Source: an uncultured Bacteroidota bacterium (lineage in GTDB: Bacteria; Bacteroidota; Bacteroidia; UBA4408). From it: DNA of 64,000 bases. The translations under genes were made by a program, and so were the position numbers. The stretch's first letter is position 1. Every line of letters starts with the position of its first letter. This document shows positions 1 through 9,643 of the stretch, piece by piece. The notes beneath the pieces were generated by a model. That model saw nothing but the letters and a program-made list of their open reading frames with translations. It searched no databases and was not told the origin of the DNA. The stretch covers positions 9,414 to 73,413 of the forward strand of contig CAIKXD010000028.1 in assembly GCA_903831265.1 (NCBI GenBank), given 5' to 3'.

Positions 1-212
<212 letters not shown>

Positions 213-247
213 TAAAATTTAAAGACACAAAACAATAAACCTGGTAA

Positions 248-2239
248 TTGAAAATACCTTTGTTATTACAAAATAAAAAAAAGCTGCTCAAATTGATGGG
301 CATGCTTTTTTTGTTGATGATTATTTTATTTTTCTTACTTAGAAATACATTTTTAAACTGGGCAATAGAAAAAGTTGCGCTAAAGTTTAATCAAAAATAC
401 AAGGGAGAATTTCATGTACAAAAAGCAGCATTTACAGGCATAAGCAGTATATTTTTACATGATATTTGCTTAACATCGCCAGCCAAAGACACGCTTATTA
501 CCATTACGGAACTTGACGCCAAAATAAAAATCCTACCGCTTATTTTAGCGCATATAAGGTTGGATGAAGTATTTATTGACTCAACACATATTAAGATTTT
601 TAAAACGGCTAAAAAAGACAATATTTCATTTCTATTAAAGTCGAATAAAAAAGAAAAAAAAGATAGTAGCGATATACAAAAGGGAAATATTGATTTTGGA
701 AATTTAGCTTACGGTTTAATTAAAACAATTTTTGATGTAATTCCACAAAAAGTACAGGTTTTAAGCACTAATATAGAATTAGAAAGAGATACAGCCTTTT
801 TTAAAATAGCTATTGACACGATGAGTTTTACAGATGGGAAATTCCATTGTAATTTCAATACCATTGAAAGCAAAGGTAAAAGTTTATATATTTTAAATGG
901 AGAAGTAGATAAATCGGAAAGGACATTGAGCTTTAGATTATATCCCGCCAAATCGCAACAGCAAACTAGTTTTCCCATTTTAAAAAGCTTTTTAAATTTA
1001 TCTGTGAGTTTCGACACGCTTCTTGTAGCGCTTAATCAAACCGATTATGATAGCGATGTTCTAACACTAGAAGGAAAAGCATTAGTTAAAAAAGGTGCTG
1101 TAAATCATTGGCGTATTTCACCGAAAGATATTTCATTGGATTATGCTCAAATTAATTATAAATTGAATATTGGAGTGGCCGAAATAAGCTTGGATAGCAG
1201 CACCAACATTACATTAAATAAGCTATTGATAAAGCCATTTTTGCATTATCATCACAGTCCTCATAAAACATTAGCCGTAGATTTTAATATCCCATTAACG
1301 GCCTCACAAGATTTTTTTGAGTCGTTACCCAAAGGACTTTTTCAAAATTTAGAAGGTATAAAAACTAAGGGCGATTTAGGTTTTAACCTACACTTTTTTA
1401 TTGATACAAAACAGCCCGACAGCGTTCAATTTATATGCAGTATGCCTAAAAATAAATTCAAAATTTTATCCTACGGCGAAGGGCGATTAAATAAATTAAA
1501 TGAAGAATTTTTATATACAGCATTTGAAAGAGGACATGCTGTAAAAAGTTTTCTTGTTGGCCCATCCAATCCAAATTATATATCACTTGCAGCCATAAGT
1601 CCTTATTTGCAAAATGCATTAATGACTTCTGAGGATGGAAATTTTTATTGGCACAATGGCTTCAACGAAAATGCGTTTAGAAAATCAATTGCCGAAAATT
1701 ATAAGAAAGGGCGCTTTGCTAGAGGCGGCAGCACCATTAGTATGCAATTGGTAAAAAATGTTTTTTTAACCAGAAATAAAACTATTGCTAGAAAAGTTGA
1801 AGAAGCACTCATTGTTTGGTTAATTGAAAGCAATAGAATTGCAAGCAAAGAACGCATGTACGAAGTGTATTTAAACATTATTGAATGGGGGCCAGGCATT
1901 TATGGTGCTGGAGAAGCTTCGGCATACTATTTCAACAAAAAAGCTGCTGATTTAACTTTAGCAGAGAGTATTTATTTAGCCATGATTGTTCCCCGTCCGA
2001 AATGGTTCAAATATAACTTTGATGAAAGCGGAAAATTGAAACCGCATGTAGCAGATTTTTACAGAATAATTGCCAATCATCTGGTGCGAAAAGAAATTAT
2101 TTCGGAAGAACAGAAATTAGCTTTATTGCCAGATATAACCTTAACAGGGCCAGCTAAAGAATTGATTTTGATAAAAGACACTATTACTATTGATTCTCTT
2201 GGTTTACCAGAGATTGATTTGATGTTGGAAGTGGAGTAA
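248..2239 (+). CDS. Peptidoglycan transglycosylase (GT51) domain protein with N-terminal TM anchor and long beta-rich region; no transpeptidase domain
   Basis: GT51 motifs SEDGNFYWHNG, RGGSTISMQLVKN, RKVEE, KERMYEVYLN; TTG start. Confidence 0.85.
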   Translation: MKIPLLLQNKKKLLKLMGMLFLLMIILFFLLRNTFLNWAIEKVALKFNQKYKGEFHVQKAAFTGISSIFLHDICLTSPAKDTLITITELDAKIKILPLILAHIRLDEVFIDSTHIKIFKTAKKDNISFLLKSNKKEKKDSSDIQKGNIDFGNLAYGLIKTIFDVIPQKVQVLSTNIELERDTAFFKIAIDTMSFTDGKFHCNFNTIESKGKSLYILNGEVDKSERTLSFRLYPAKSQQQTSFPILKSFLNLSVSFDTLLVALNQTDYDSDVLTLEGKALVKKGAVNHWRISPKDISLDYAQINYKLNIGVAEISLDSSTNITLNKLLIKPFLHYHHSPHKTLAVDFNIPLTASQDFFESLPKGLFQNLEGIKTKGDLGFNLHFFIDTKQPDSVQFICSMPKNKFKILSYGEGRLNKLNEEFLYTAFERGHAVKSFLVGPSNPNYISLAAISPYLQNALMTSEDGNFYWHNGFNENAFRKSIAENYKKGRFARGGSTISMQLVKNVFLTRNKTIARKVEEALIVWLIESNRIASKERMYEVYLNIIEWGPGIYGAGEASAYYFNKKAADLTLAESIYLAMIVPRPKWFKYNFDESGKLKPHVADFYRIIANHLVRKEIISEEQKLALLPDITLTGPAKELILIKDTITIDSLGLPEIDLMLEVE

Positions 2240-2268
2240 AAAGTGCAAATGAATTCATATTGTATTAA

Positions 2269-2440
2269 ACCCAAATTATGCATTTGAAACCTACTCAAAT
2301 CATTTTTATTCAATCTCAAACATATACCCCCATTTCGGATTTCATAATAGTTCACATTACTTCAATCCAAAATAGTTTGTGAGCACTTGATATTATTGAA
2401 AAATTTTGTTGCCCAACGATTGCAACTGCATAATTTGGGT
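2269..2440. mobile_element. 172-bp MITE-like element with 14-bp perfect TIRs and TTAA flanks
   Basis: ACCCAAATTATGCA (2269-2282) and TGCATAATTTGGGT (2427-2440); TTAA on both sides; related end at 40065. Confidence 0.75.
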
Positions 2441-2469
2441 TTAAGCATTATTTGATGAATTTTTATACT

Positions 2470-2506
2470 AAAAAAGGGCTTACCTGCAAATGCAAGTAAG
2501 CCCTTT
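2470..2506 (-). terminator. Intrinsic terminator of the minus-strand operon
   Basis: AAAGGGCTTAC(C)TGCA-AA-TGCA(A)GTAAGCCCTTT hairpin followed by a T-run on the minus strand. Confidence 0.75.
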
Positions 2507-2529
2507 ACTTTTAAACTAAATGAATTAGT

Positions 2530-2727
2530 TTATTTTCCTTTTCTTCTGTCATTCATTTTTTTAGCACCGTAACCTGCACAAGCAGCAATTACTAGGCTAA
2601 GACCACCATCAATTGGTGTTGAAGTTGGAGGAGGACCAACTGGAGGTTGACCCATTACTGGTAAGAAAATAACTACACCAATAAAAATAAACAACAAAGT
2701 TGCTAAATTGAATTTCATATTTTTCAT
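2530..2727 (-). CDS. PID-CTERM protein-sorting-domain micro-protein
   Basis: Signal peptide, Pro-rich GQPPVGPPPTST, PIDGG, hydrophobic helix, basic tail KKMNDRRKGK; starts 1 nt after the upstream gene's stop. Confidence 0.8.
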   Translation of the reverse strand: MKNMKFNLATLLFIFIGVVIFLPVMGQPPVGPPPTSTPIDGGLSLVIAACAGYGAKKMNDRRKGK

Positions 2728-2728
2728 T

Positions 2729-5700
2729 TTATTTAATAATTATTTTCTTTGTTACTAATGAATTATTTGATTGAATTTTAACCATGTAGATTCCTTGAGC
2801 TAAAGAAGGCAATTCTACAGTTGAAATTCCTTTACTTAAATTAACACCTTGTTGCATTAATAGCTTACCTGACATATCGAACAATACAACATCAGAAGCT
2901 GCTGCATCACCGTTATTGATAATACTTAATGACTCATTGTTATTAAAGAAATCAACATCATTTAAACTTACTTCGCTATCAGATAAAGCTACTTCACTAT
3001 TTTCGTAGTTTAAGTAAAATCTGTTGTTGTAAATAGAATTTGATAAAGCCACGCTGTATTTTGCACCAGTCTTTAATTTAACTTTTTTGTTGGCTTCAAC
3101 GTCTACCAAGTAAGCATTCAAATTGTTTTCAGTATTAGAAAATTCGGCCACGCTGAAAGTATAAATACCATCAACCTTAGCAATTAAATGCAATGGAATA
3201 CTTCTAGAAGGAATTAGATTTTCGAATGCCTTAATAGCAAGAATTCTGTTGTCTATAACCATACCTAACTCAGGGTGAGTTTCAGTTGGGTTATTCATCA
3301 TTTTAGCCATATCAATTTCTGGGTTGTAGTTTTCTGTACCGCCATTAACAGTACCAATTGCTAACTGATCAACACCATCTTGATTTTGAACATTTAACTT
3401 AACAATATTTTTAACAACTGCATCTCTATTGAAAGATGGCGAGTTAGAGCCATGTCTGATAGTGTTATCAGTAATTAAAGTACCACCAGCAGGAGTGCTT
3501 GTAGTAATTGCTACAGCTTGAGATGTAAAAATAGTATCAGTCATACCAAAAGTACTTAAGCCTGGAGCAGCACCGTTATAAAAACCGTAACCACTATTTG
3601 CAGCCGACCATCCATAGTATCCATTTTGCAAACTCACCTGACCTGGTAAATTTCTTAAAACCGAAAATCTAATTGGAGATGGATAAGGATTACCAATGAT
3701 ATGAAATCCACCATTTGTAGCAGGAAGTACATTTGACAATGGGCCATTATTTGCAGGACCAGTTACATCAAGTGTTCTTGCTAAAGAATTATGCAAAGTA
3801 GCAGAATATCCTACCAATGAATTTGATATTGGCTGACCAACCGCACTTTCCCAAGGAGTTACAGGAAGCGTGTTAGCTTCGTCATATGTCCAAATAGTTG
3901 GTGCATTTGGAGGCGCTGGAAGAGCCACGTTAGTTGCATAAGTATAAGGAAATAAACCTTGAACAACATAATCATCACCCCAAGCAGTTGTTGTAGTTAA
4001 GCCAGAAACTGGGCAAGAAATATATCTTGTTTTTGCTGGTGTAGCAGTAAGATATCTTTCTACAGTAACATTACCAGTTACGTTTGCAGTACCTGCACCA
4101 CTAATAATTCCTTGTCTTGTTGGGTTTGAAGATAATATCAAAAATCCATTACTATTTAAAGTTCCGTCAGTTACTGTAACAGTTCCTAAAACTTTCAAAG
4201 TTGATAAAAGCGTTGAAGTTGTAGAAGGCGTATTAATAGTTAAGTTATTAATAAAGCCATTGTTTTTTAAATTACCAACTGAACCAGAACCTGTAAAGTT
4301 AAAATTAGCATCAGTACCGAAAGAGCTAAATGATCCAGTACCAGTAATTGTCCCAGAAAAGTTAGCTGTTAAAGCAGCAGCGCCAAATTTATAACTAGCA
4401 GAACCAACCAAGTTTAAATTTACAAAACTGATATTTTTTTGTACAGTTAAAGTAACACCTGTTGAAACAGTAACAGCACCTAAAGGCAAGCTTAATAAGC
4501 TAATTGCTCCAGTTCCTGTACCACCAATTGTTCCACTACTTAAGAAGTTGATGTTACCGCTACCAGCAGTAATTGATAATGGATTATTTGAGTTATTAGT
4601 AATACCACCAGTTAAGTTTATTGCAGATGAACCAGTTCCATTTACAGTGAATTGACCAGTTGATGAAATTGTTAAACTAGTCATTGAAAGTGCGCCTGTT
4701 AAAGAAGTTGTAATAGAGGCACCAATAGTTAAGTTTCTGTATGTTCTTCCATTTACTTCAAAGCCATTAACAGTGTTAAATGTTTGGTTACTTCCTGGTC
4801 TAAATTCAACTGCACTTAAAGGTGCAAATTTTTGGAAAGGATTTTCACCACCATTATGAATGTAACTTGCTCCTGTTTCGAATTGAACTGAATTAGTTAT
4901 TGCAGTTGGACCACCAAAAGCAGCACCCAAGTAACTAACACCTGTAGTAAAAGAAGATCCAGTTTTAAATTTAACTGCACCAGCCACACTACCAATAATA
5001 CTTGAACCTGTATTTGAAATAACAGCACCAAAAATATTTGCAGTAGCATTTCCAACAAGTTTTATTGCTGAACCAACACCACCATTAATAGTTAAAGTTG
5101 AACCTGCATCTACTCTAAAATCATCGGAAGTTAATGAGTTACCATTAACTAATAATGAACTAGCGCCATCAATAAATAACGTAACGTTAGAATTATTTTG
5201 TATTTGTAGTGTACCTATAGTTTGTGCAGGTACATTGTCAATTACAGAAACTGAAGAAACTGTAGCACCAATAACTAATCTATCGTCAGCAGAAGGATTT
5301 GTTCTTGATGGTGTCCAATTTGCTGCTGTATTATAGTTGAATGGACCAGCACCAGCTTGATTCCAATTATATACAGTACCAGTATTAGAGGTAATTTGAC
5401 TTGCATTAGCTGTTGAAGAAATAAAATAGTTTTCACCTCCTGCAGCACCGTTATATTCAATGGCTCTAAAGTGATAAGTAGTATTTGGAGTTAAACCAGT
5501 TACTGTAACCACATTTCCTGTGCCATTGTTATTATAAACAACCCAATTACCTGATCCTAATTGATCACCTAAAGAGATAGCTGAATTAGCTACGTAGGTA
5601 GTTGCATCAGTTGGGTTAGTGTTTACTAAGCTACCTGATTTGATAAGCAATAATCTTTTAGCACCATTTCCACCACTCAAATTTACTTGAATTGAATTAG

Positions 5701-6586
5701 AAGAAACCGAACCAAAAGTAATAGTACCATTTGAAGTTGGCTCACCACCTAAAGTAACACCTAAATCACCTTTTAAACTAGGAATTGAAAGTTCAGCACC
5801 TGTAGGATTTAAAGCTACATAATTTCTAACTATAGTTCCAGCATCATTAGTGATTTGCAAATTTAACTCATAATGTACAGTTCCAGTAGTAGTTACCTGA
5901 CCTAAAAATACTCTGTTTGTACTTGTTGGCCCTGACATACCTGCAGTTCCTGAAGCAGCTAATACCGCAATTGAACCATTAGATAAGATAAAACTTCCAC
6001 TAGCTTGACTAACATCGCCAAAAACATTATTGATTGCCAATAAAGTTGCAGCATCAGCAGCAATTTGAACATCTTGTAAAGTACCATTAGTAAATCCATC
6101 TCTAGTGTTAAGTGTAGCACCTATAGAAGGGTCATTGTTTAACAATAAACCATTTGCATTTACTACAGTTCCAACGCCATTATCTTCTGTTTTCAAAATA
6201 CCTACTTGCGAAGTAGCTGGGTTGTTATTGTTAGTAGTAGCACCAATTGATAAATATGAATCAAGCATTACTGTATTATCAGCAGCTTGCGCTTTTGTCC
6301 AATTTGGTATTGAAGCACCTCTATCTGTATTATTGAAAAAGGTACTAGAGCTAACAAACTTTAGATCATGACCTGAAGTACCATAAACAGCTTGTAATTT
6401 AAAGCCAGTTGAAAGATCTGCAAAGAATCTATACGTAACAGATCCAACCGGTAAAGTACCCGCACTTCCTGCTGCATCAGCTGCATTAGAAACGTAGTAC
6501 TTCTCAACGATTATATTCTCTAACCCTTGCGCAAAGGAAAAACTCCCTGTTGCAACAAGCATTAGCATGATTAGTATTTTTTTCAT
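2729..6586 (-). CDS. Large T9SS type-A cargo: unnamed N-terminal domain, FN3-like domain, beta-helix-like region, VTVERY/GNPYPS region, CTD
   Basis: Signal peptide; VTGLTPNTTYHFRAIEYNG (FN3-like); C-terminal LFDMSGK...LAQGIYMVKI...KKIIIK. Confidence 0.85.
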   Translation of the reverse strand: MKKILIMLMLVATGSFSFAQGLENIIVEKYYVSNAADAAGSAGTLPVGSVTYRFFADLSTGFKLQAVYGTSGHDLKFVSSSTFFNNTDRGASIPNWTKAQAADNTVMLDSYLSIGATTNNNNPATSQVGILKTEDNGVGTVVNANGLLLNNDPSIGATLNTRDGFTNGTLQDVQIAADAATLLAINNVFGDVSQASGSFILSNGSIAVLAASGTAGMSGPTSTNRVFLGQVTTTGTVHYELNLQITNDAGTIVRNYVALNPTGAELSIPSLKGDLGVTLGGEPTSNGTITFGSVSSNSIQVNLSGGNGAKRLLLIKSGSLVNTNPTDATTYVANSAISLGDQLGSGNWVVYNNNGTGNVVTVTGLTPNTTYHFRAIEYNGAAGGENYFISSTANASQITSNTGTVYNWNQAGAGPFNYNTAANWTPSRTNPSADDRLVIGATVSSVSVIDNVPAQTIGTLQIQNNSNVTLFIDGASSLLVNGNSLTSDDFRVDAGSTLTINGGVGSAIKLVGNATANIFGAVISNTGSSIIGSVAGAVKFKTGSSFTTGVSYLGAAFGGPTAITNSVQFETGASYIHNGGENPFQKFAPLSAVEFRPGSNQTFNTVNGFEVNGRTYRNLTIGASITTSLTGALSMTSLTISSTGQFTVNGTGSSAINLTGGITNNSNNPLSITAGSGNINFLSSGTIGGTGTGAISLLSLPLGAVTVSTGVTLTVQKNISFVNLNLVGSASYKFGAAALTANFSGTITGTGSFSSFGTDANFNFTGSGSVGNLKNNGFINNLTINTPSTTSTLLSTLKVLGTVTVTDGTLNSNGFLILSSNPTRQGIISGAGTANVTGNVTVERYLTATPAKTRYISCPVSGLTTTTAWGDDYVVQGLFPYTYATNVALPAPPNAPTIWTYDEANTLPVTPWESAVGQPISNSLVGYSATLHNSLARTLDVTGPANNGPLSNVLPATNGGFHIIGNPYPSPIRFSVLRNLPGQVSLQNGYYGWSAANSGYGFYNGAAPGLSTFGMTDTIFTSQAVAITTSTPAGGTLITDNTIRHGSNSPSFNRDAVVKNIVKLNVQNQDGVDQLAIGTVNGGTENYNPEIDMAKMMNNPTETHPELGMVIDNRILAIKAFENLIPSRSIPLHLIAKVDGIYTFSVAEFSNTENNLNAYLVDVEANKKVKLKTGAKYSVALSNSIYNNRFYLNYENSEVALSDSEVSLNDVDFFNNNESLSIINNGDAAASDVVLFDMSGKLLMQQGVNLSKGISTVELPSLAQGIYMVKIQSNNSLVTKKIIIK

Positions 6587-6616
6587 ATTAATATTTTATT
6601 AAAATTATTGTAATAA

Positions 6617-8284
6617 TTAATCGCAAGATTGATTGAATTCTCCTAATAATTGAAGGAAATCTGCATTGTTTGTAACACCATCGGTATTTACATCGGTAGG
6701 GCAAGCAACAATACCTGAAGTAGCTGCAACTATATTTAAAATAGCCCAATCAGATAACCATGATTTTTTACCTGGCTCAAATGCACCTCTGTAATTTGCA
6801 GCTGTATAAAAACCATCAACTGGAGCAGCACATGTAGTAGCAACTAAATCTGGAACAGCGTCATATTTATCAGTTACAGCATTAGTAGCATAATCCATTA
6901 CATAAGTATAGTCGAAATTTGGCAAAGAAGCTACTGAAGTATTATTATCAGTTGTAAACTTTGTGTTATCTAATGCTAATGTACCGTATGTATATACAGA
7001 GTTGTTTTCTATTGCCAATGGAATTGAGCAATTTACAAAAGTATTACATTTAATTTGTAGTGTTCCGCTTGTTGCAAAACCTGCTTGCCAGTTACCATAA
7101 GCTTCGTTTGAACCATCTGATGTGTTTGCTGGAGGTCTGCTGTTTTTGATTTTATCAATAACAACACCTCTTTCATAGTTTGCAACGATGCAATTATAAA
7201 CTTCACCTTCTGTTCTTTCTTTAAAATTAAAACCAGCATCGCCAGAGTTATCAGCAGTAGCAGCACTTTGTGGTCTACCGATAAATGTTCCATTATATAA
7301 TTTTGGATGTGATCTTGGTGTAAGATTTGTAGTGTTATCATCACCATCAGCTTCAATACCATTATCAGTTAAAGTGTTACCACCATTATGTCTGTTTAGG
7401 TTAAAGAAAAATTGCACTTTACCAGTCCAACCTAAATCCCAGTCTAAAGCATCATCATCACCCCAATAAGTAGCGATATATTTTAAATTTACATTTCCAC
7501 CAAATAATTCGATACCGTCATCTGCAAAAGAGGTTACTTCAATATGATCAATAGTTGTACCTTGACCAACTGAACATAAAGTTAATGAATTTAACTCGTT
7601 ACCTGCTGCAATAATATCTCCAGCATGTCTGATAGAAATGTATCTCATGATACCTGAATTATCGTTAGCATCAGATCCACCATACCATGTTCTAGCATCT
7701 AACTCAGCATTTGAAATACCTTCTGGAGCACCTGTTCCATCTGGCTGACCTGCCACTTGTAAACCTGAAGCATTTGCAGAAGTTAAGTTGTTTGGTGCTT
7801 TACCACAAACTAAAATACCACCCCATTTACCACCATTTACACCACCTGCATTGTTATTGTAGTTACCAAGAATGTTATCGCTTGTAATATCTTCTTCAGC
7901 AGTAAAAACAATTTGACAAGTTGGTGAACCTGCTGCAATTATTTGACCACCTCTTTCAATAACTAAAGCTGATGCTTGACCACCACCTGGGTTATTTAAA
8001 TCGCGACCTAAAATAACGGTACCTGGATTAATAGTAATTGTTTTGTTGTTTGGTACGTAAATTTTTTCTTTAATCAAGTAATTGTTGTTGCAAGTTAATA
8101 CTGTATTTACAGCATTTAACTCCCCAAGAGTTGCCAATGTTGACAAGTCAACTGTTGGACGTGTGTTTACCGGAGGACAACCGCAATCAGCCCCCAAATT
8201 GTTTTGATTTTGCGCCTCGCTGCTTGTAGTTGCAAGGGTTAAAACAGCCGCTAGGCTAAGTAATTTTGATACTGTTTTTTTCAT
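6617..8284 (-). CDS. Secreted beta-helix protein (TBDR-associated family) with C-terminal dockerin/EF-hand-like tail
   Basis: ALVIERGGQI..GSPTCQIVFT, DNSGIMRYISIRHAG, DDGIELFGG, DDDALDWD, YRGAF..WLSDW; tail CPTDVNTDGVTNNADFLQLLGEFNQSC; paralog of 17446..19122. Confidence 0.8.
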   Translation of the reverse strand: MKKTVSKLLSLAAVLTLATTSSEAQNQNNLGADCGCPPVNTRPTVDLSTLATLGELNAVNTVLTCNNNYLIKEKIYVPNNKTITINPGTVILGRDLNNPGGGQASALVIERGGQIIAAGSPTCQIVFTAEEDITSDNILGNYNNNAGGVNGGKWGGILVCGKAPNNLTSANASGLQVAGQPDGTGAPEGISNAELDARTWYGGSDANDNSGIMRYISIRHAGDIIAAGNELNSLTLCSVGQGTTIDHIEVTSFADDGIELFGGNVNLKYIATYWGDDDALDWDLGWTGKVQFFFNLNRHNGGNTLTDNGIEADGDDNTTNLTPRSHPKLYNGTFIGRPQSAATADNSGDAGFNFKERTEGEVYNCIVANYERGVVIDKIKNSRPPANTSDGSNEAYGNWQAGFATSGTLQIKCNTFVNCSIPLAIENNSVYTYGTLALDNTKFTTDNNTSVASLPNFDYTYVMDYATNAVTDKYDAVPDLVATTCAAPVDGFYTAANYRGAFEPGKKSWLSDWAILNIVAATSGIVACPTDVNTDGVTNNADFLQLLGEFNQSCD

Positions 8285-8330
8285 TGTTTTGGTTTTAAAT
8301 AATTAATTGGATTAGTAAATTTTACGTGTA

Positions 8331-8432
8331 CAAAGATGATTTATAACCTTAAAAATAATGGTTGATTTTCTTTATGTTATCTTTACTAAAACAAATACAA
8401 AAAGACAAGAGAGTATTAACACAATGTTAATA
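8331..8432 (-). promoter_or_regulatory. Putative promoter of the beta-helix gene with TAAC-type repeats and a palindrome
   Basis: CATCTTTG -7-like box ending at 8331; degenerate in-phase half-sites; TATTAAC-N5-GTTAATA palindrome at 8414-8432. Confidence 0.4.
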
Positions 8433-8468
8433 GCAAGCGCACTTTGCTAATGAAATATTAACATTGAT

Positions 8469-8819
8469 TTATTTTGTATCTGTTCCGAAGTAAATGTGGG
8501 AATCTTGATAAAACTCGTCAAATAAATTTTTAAATTCTTGTAATTTAACCCAGTTAATTTTATAGATACTGGCTTGATTTCTTCCCACTGAAAAACGGGT
8601 AATTAAGCCTCCCTTATTTAAGGCTCTTAAATTTTTTTTTAATACAGTTACGCTAATTTGATGTTTAGCAATAAATTCATCATCGAAACAACTTTTATTT
8701 TTTGCTATACATTCAATAATGGCTACGCGAATGGGGTTGCCCATTAAGATACTTATTTTACCTATAGTAGTTTGCCTGTGCGTAAAATAGGGCAACACTC
8801 CTTTTTCTATAGAAAGCAT
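8469..8819 (-). CDS. ArsR/SmtB-type winged-helix transcriptional regulator (divergent)
   Basis: MGNPIRVAIIECIA...TVLKKNLRALNKGGLI...YKIN fits the ArsR wHTH pattern. Confidence 0.7.
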   Translation of the reverse strand: MLSIEKGVLPYFTHRQTTIGKISILMGNPIRVAIIECIAKNKSCFDDEFIAKHQISVTVLKKNLRALNKGGLITRFSVGRNQASIYKINWVKLQEFKNLFDEFYQDSHIYFGTDTK

Positions 8820-8869
8820 TTATAAAGTTGATGAAATTTTAGAAATAATTGATAATGATTAAATATACC

Positions 8870-9631
8870 TTAGTCCTTAACACATCTTACACTTAAGCCA
8901 CAGTTTTTGTAGTCTTGATGCCTAAAAACTTTAGTACTTTTATAATCAAGGTACCTGTAAAAAGCTTTGCCATTTTCAGTTGCTGTTGAAGTCCACCAAA
9001 ATCCTGTTAGTTTTAAGCCTGGTTCACCCCAAATTCCATTTTGCTTTCTGCAACTTCCGGCTAGCGCCGAAAAACCACTTTCGTTGGTTGGCCAATTTTC
9101 AACTTCAGTTAACCAACCTTTTTTGCCCTCTAACTTGAGTTTACTTCCTTGATCAGTGCCTCTCCATCCAGTTTTTTCGATATCCGTTTGGGTCATTCCT
9201 AAAGATAATTCTAAAGCTTGCCAATCTTGTTCTGTAGCAATGTGCCAGCCAGCTGGAGCAATTTTTCTATTATCATTAACAGCAAACCAATTATACAACA
9301 AGCCCGGTGAGTTAACATCATTCTTATAGCTGCAATAGCCAGCTATGGAATCTTTCCAAAATTCATCAGAGGCTGCATTTCTAATTGGCGTTCCATCATT
9401 GTATGATTTTACACTTAAATTTTCTGCCATCCACCATTGATTGCCAATTTTTACAATCTTGTAATAATTGCTATCTACATCCATAATGGAATCATAAATT
9501 GGCGAGGGCACCAATTTAATTTCATCCTTTTTACAACTAAAAGGAATAAACATAACATTACAAATTAGCAATACTATTAGCAGCGGGTAAAAAAATGATT
9601 TTAAATATTTTTCTTGAAACAATCGTAACAT
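8870..9631 (-). CDS. Fibrobacter succinogenes major paralogous (FISUMP) domain lipoprotein
   Basis: Lipobox-like FSC; YKIVKIGNQWWMAENL, GLLYNWFAV, APAGWHIAT..W, NESGFSAL, GLSVRCVKD. Confidence 0.9.
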   Translation of the reverse strand: MLRLFQEKYLKSFFYPLLIVLLICNVMFIPFSCKKDEIKLVPSPIYDSIMDVDSNYYKIVKIGNQWWMAENLSVKSYNDGTPIRNAASDEFWKDSIAGYCSYKNDVNSPGLLYNWFAVNDNRKIAPAGWHIATEQDWQALELSLGMTQTDIEKTGWRGTDQGSKLKLEGKKGWLTEVENWPTNESGFSALAGSCRKQNGIWGEPGLKLTGFWWTSTATENGKAFYRYLDYKSTKVFRHQDYKNCGLSVRCVKD

Positions 9632-9643
9632 GGTATTTTATAA

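Noticed and set aside
2077..2355. 92-aa minus-strand ORF
   Set aside because: Antisense to the GT51 gene and running into the MITE; no recognisable motifs and not transposase-like
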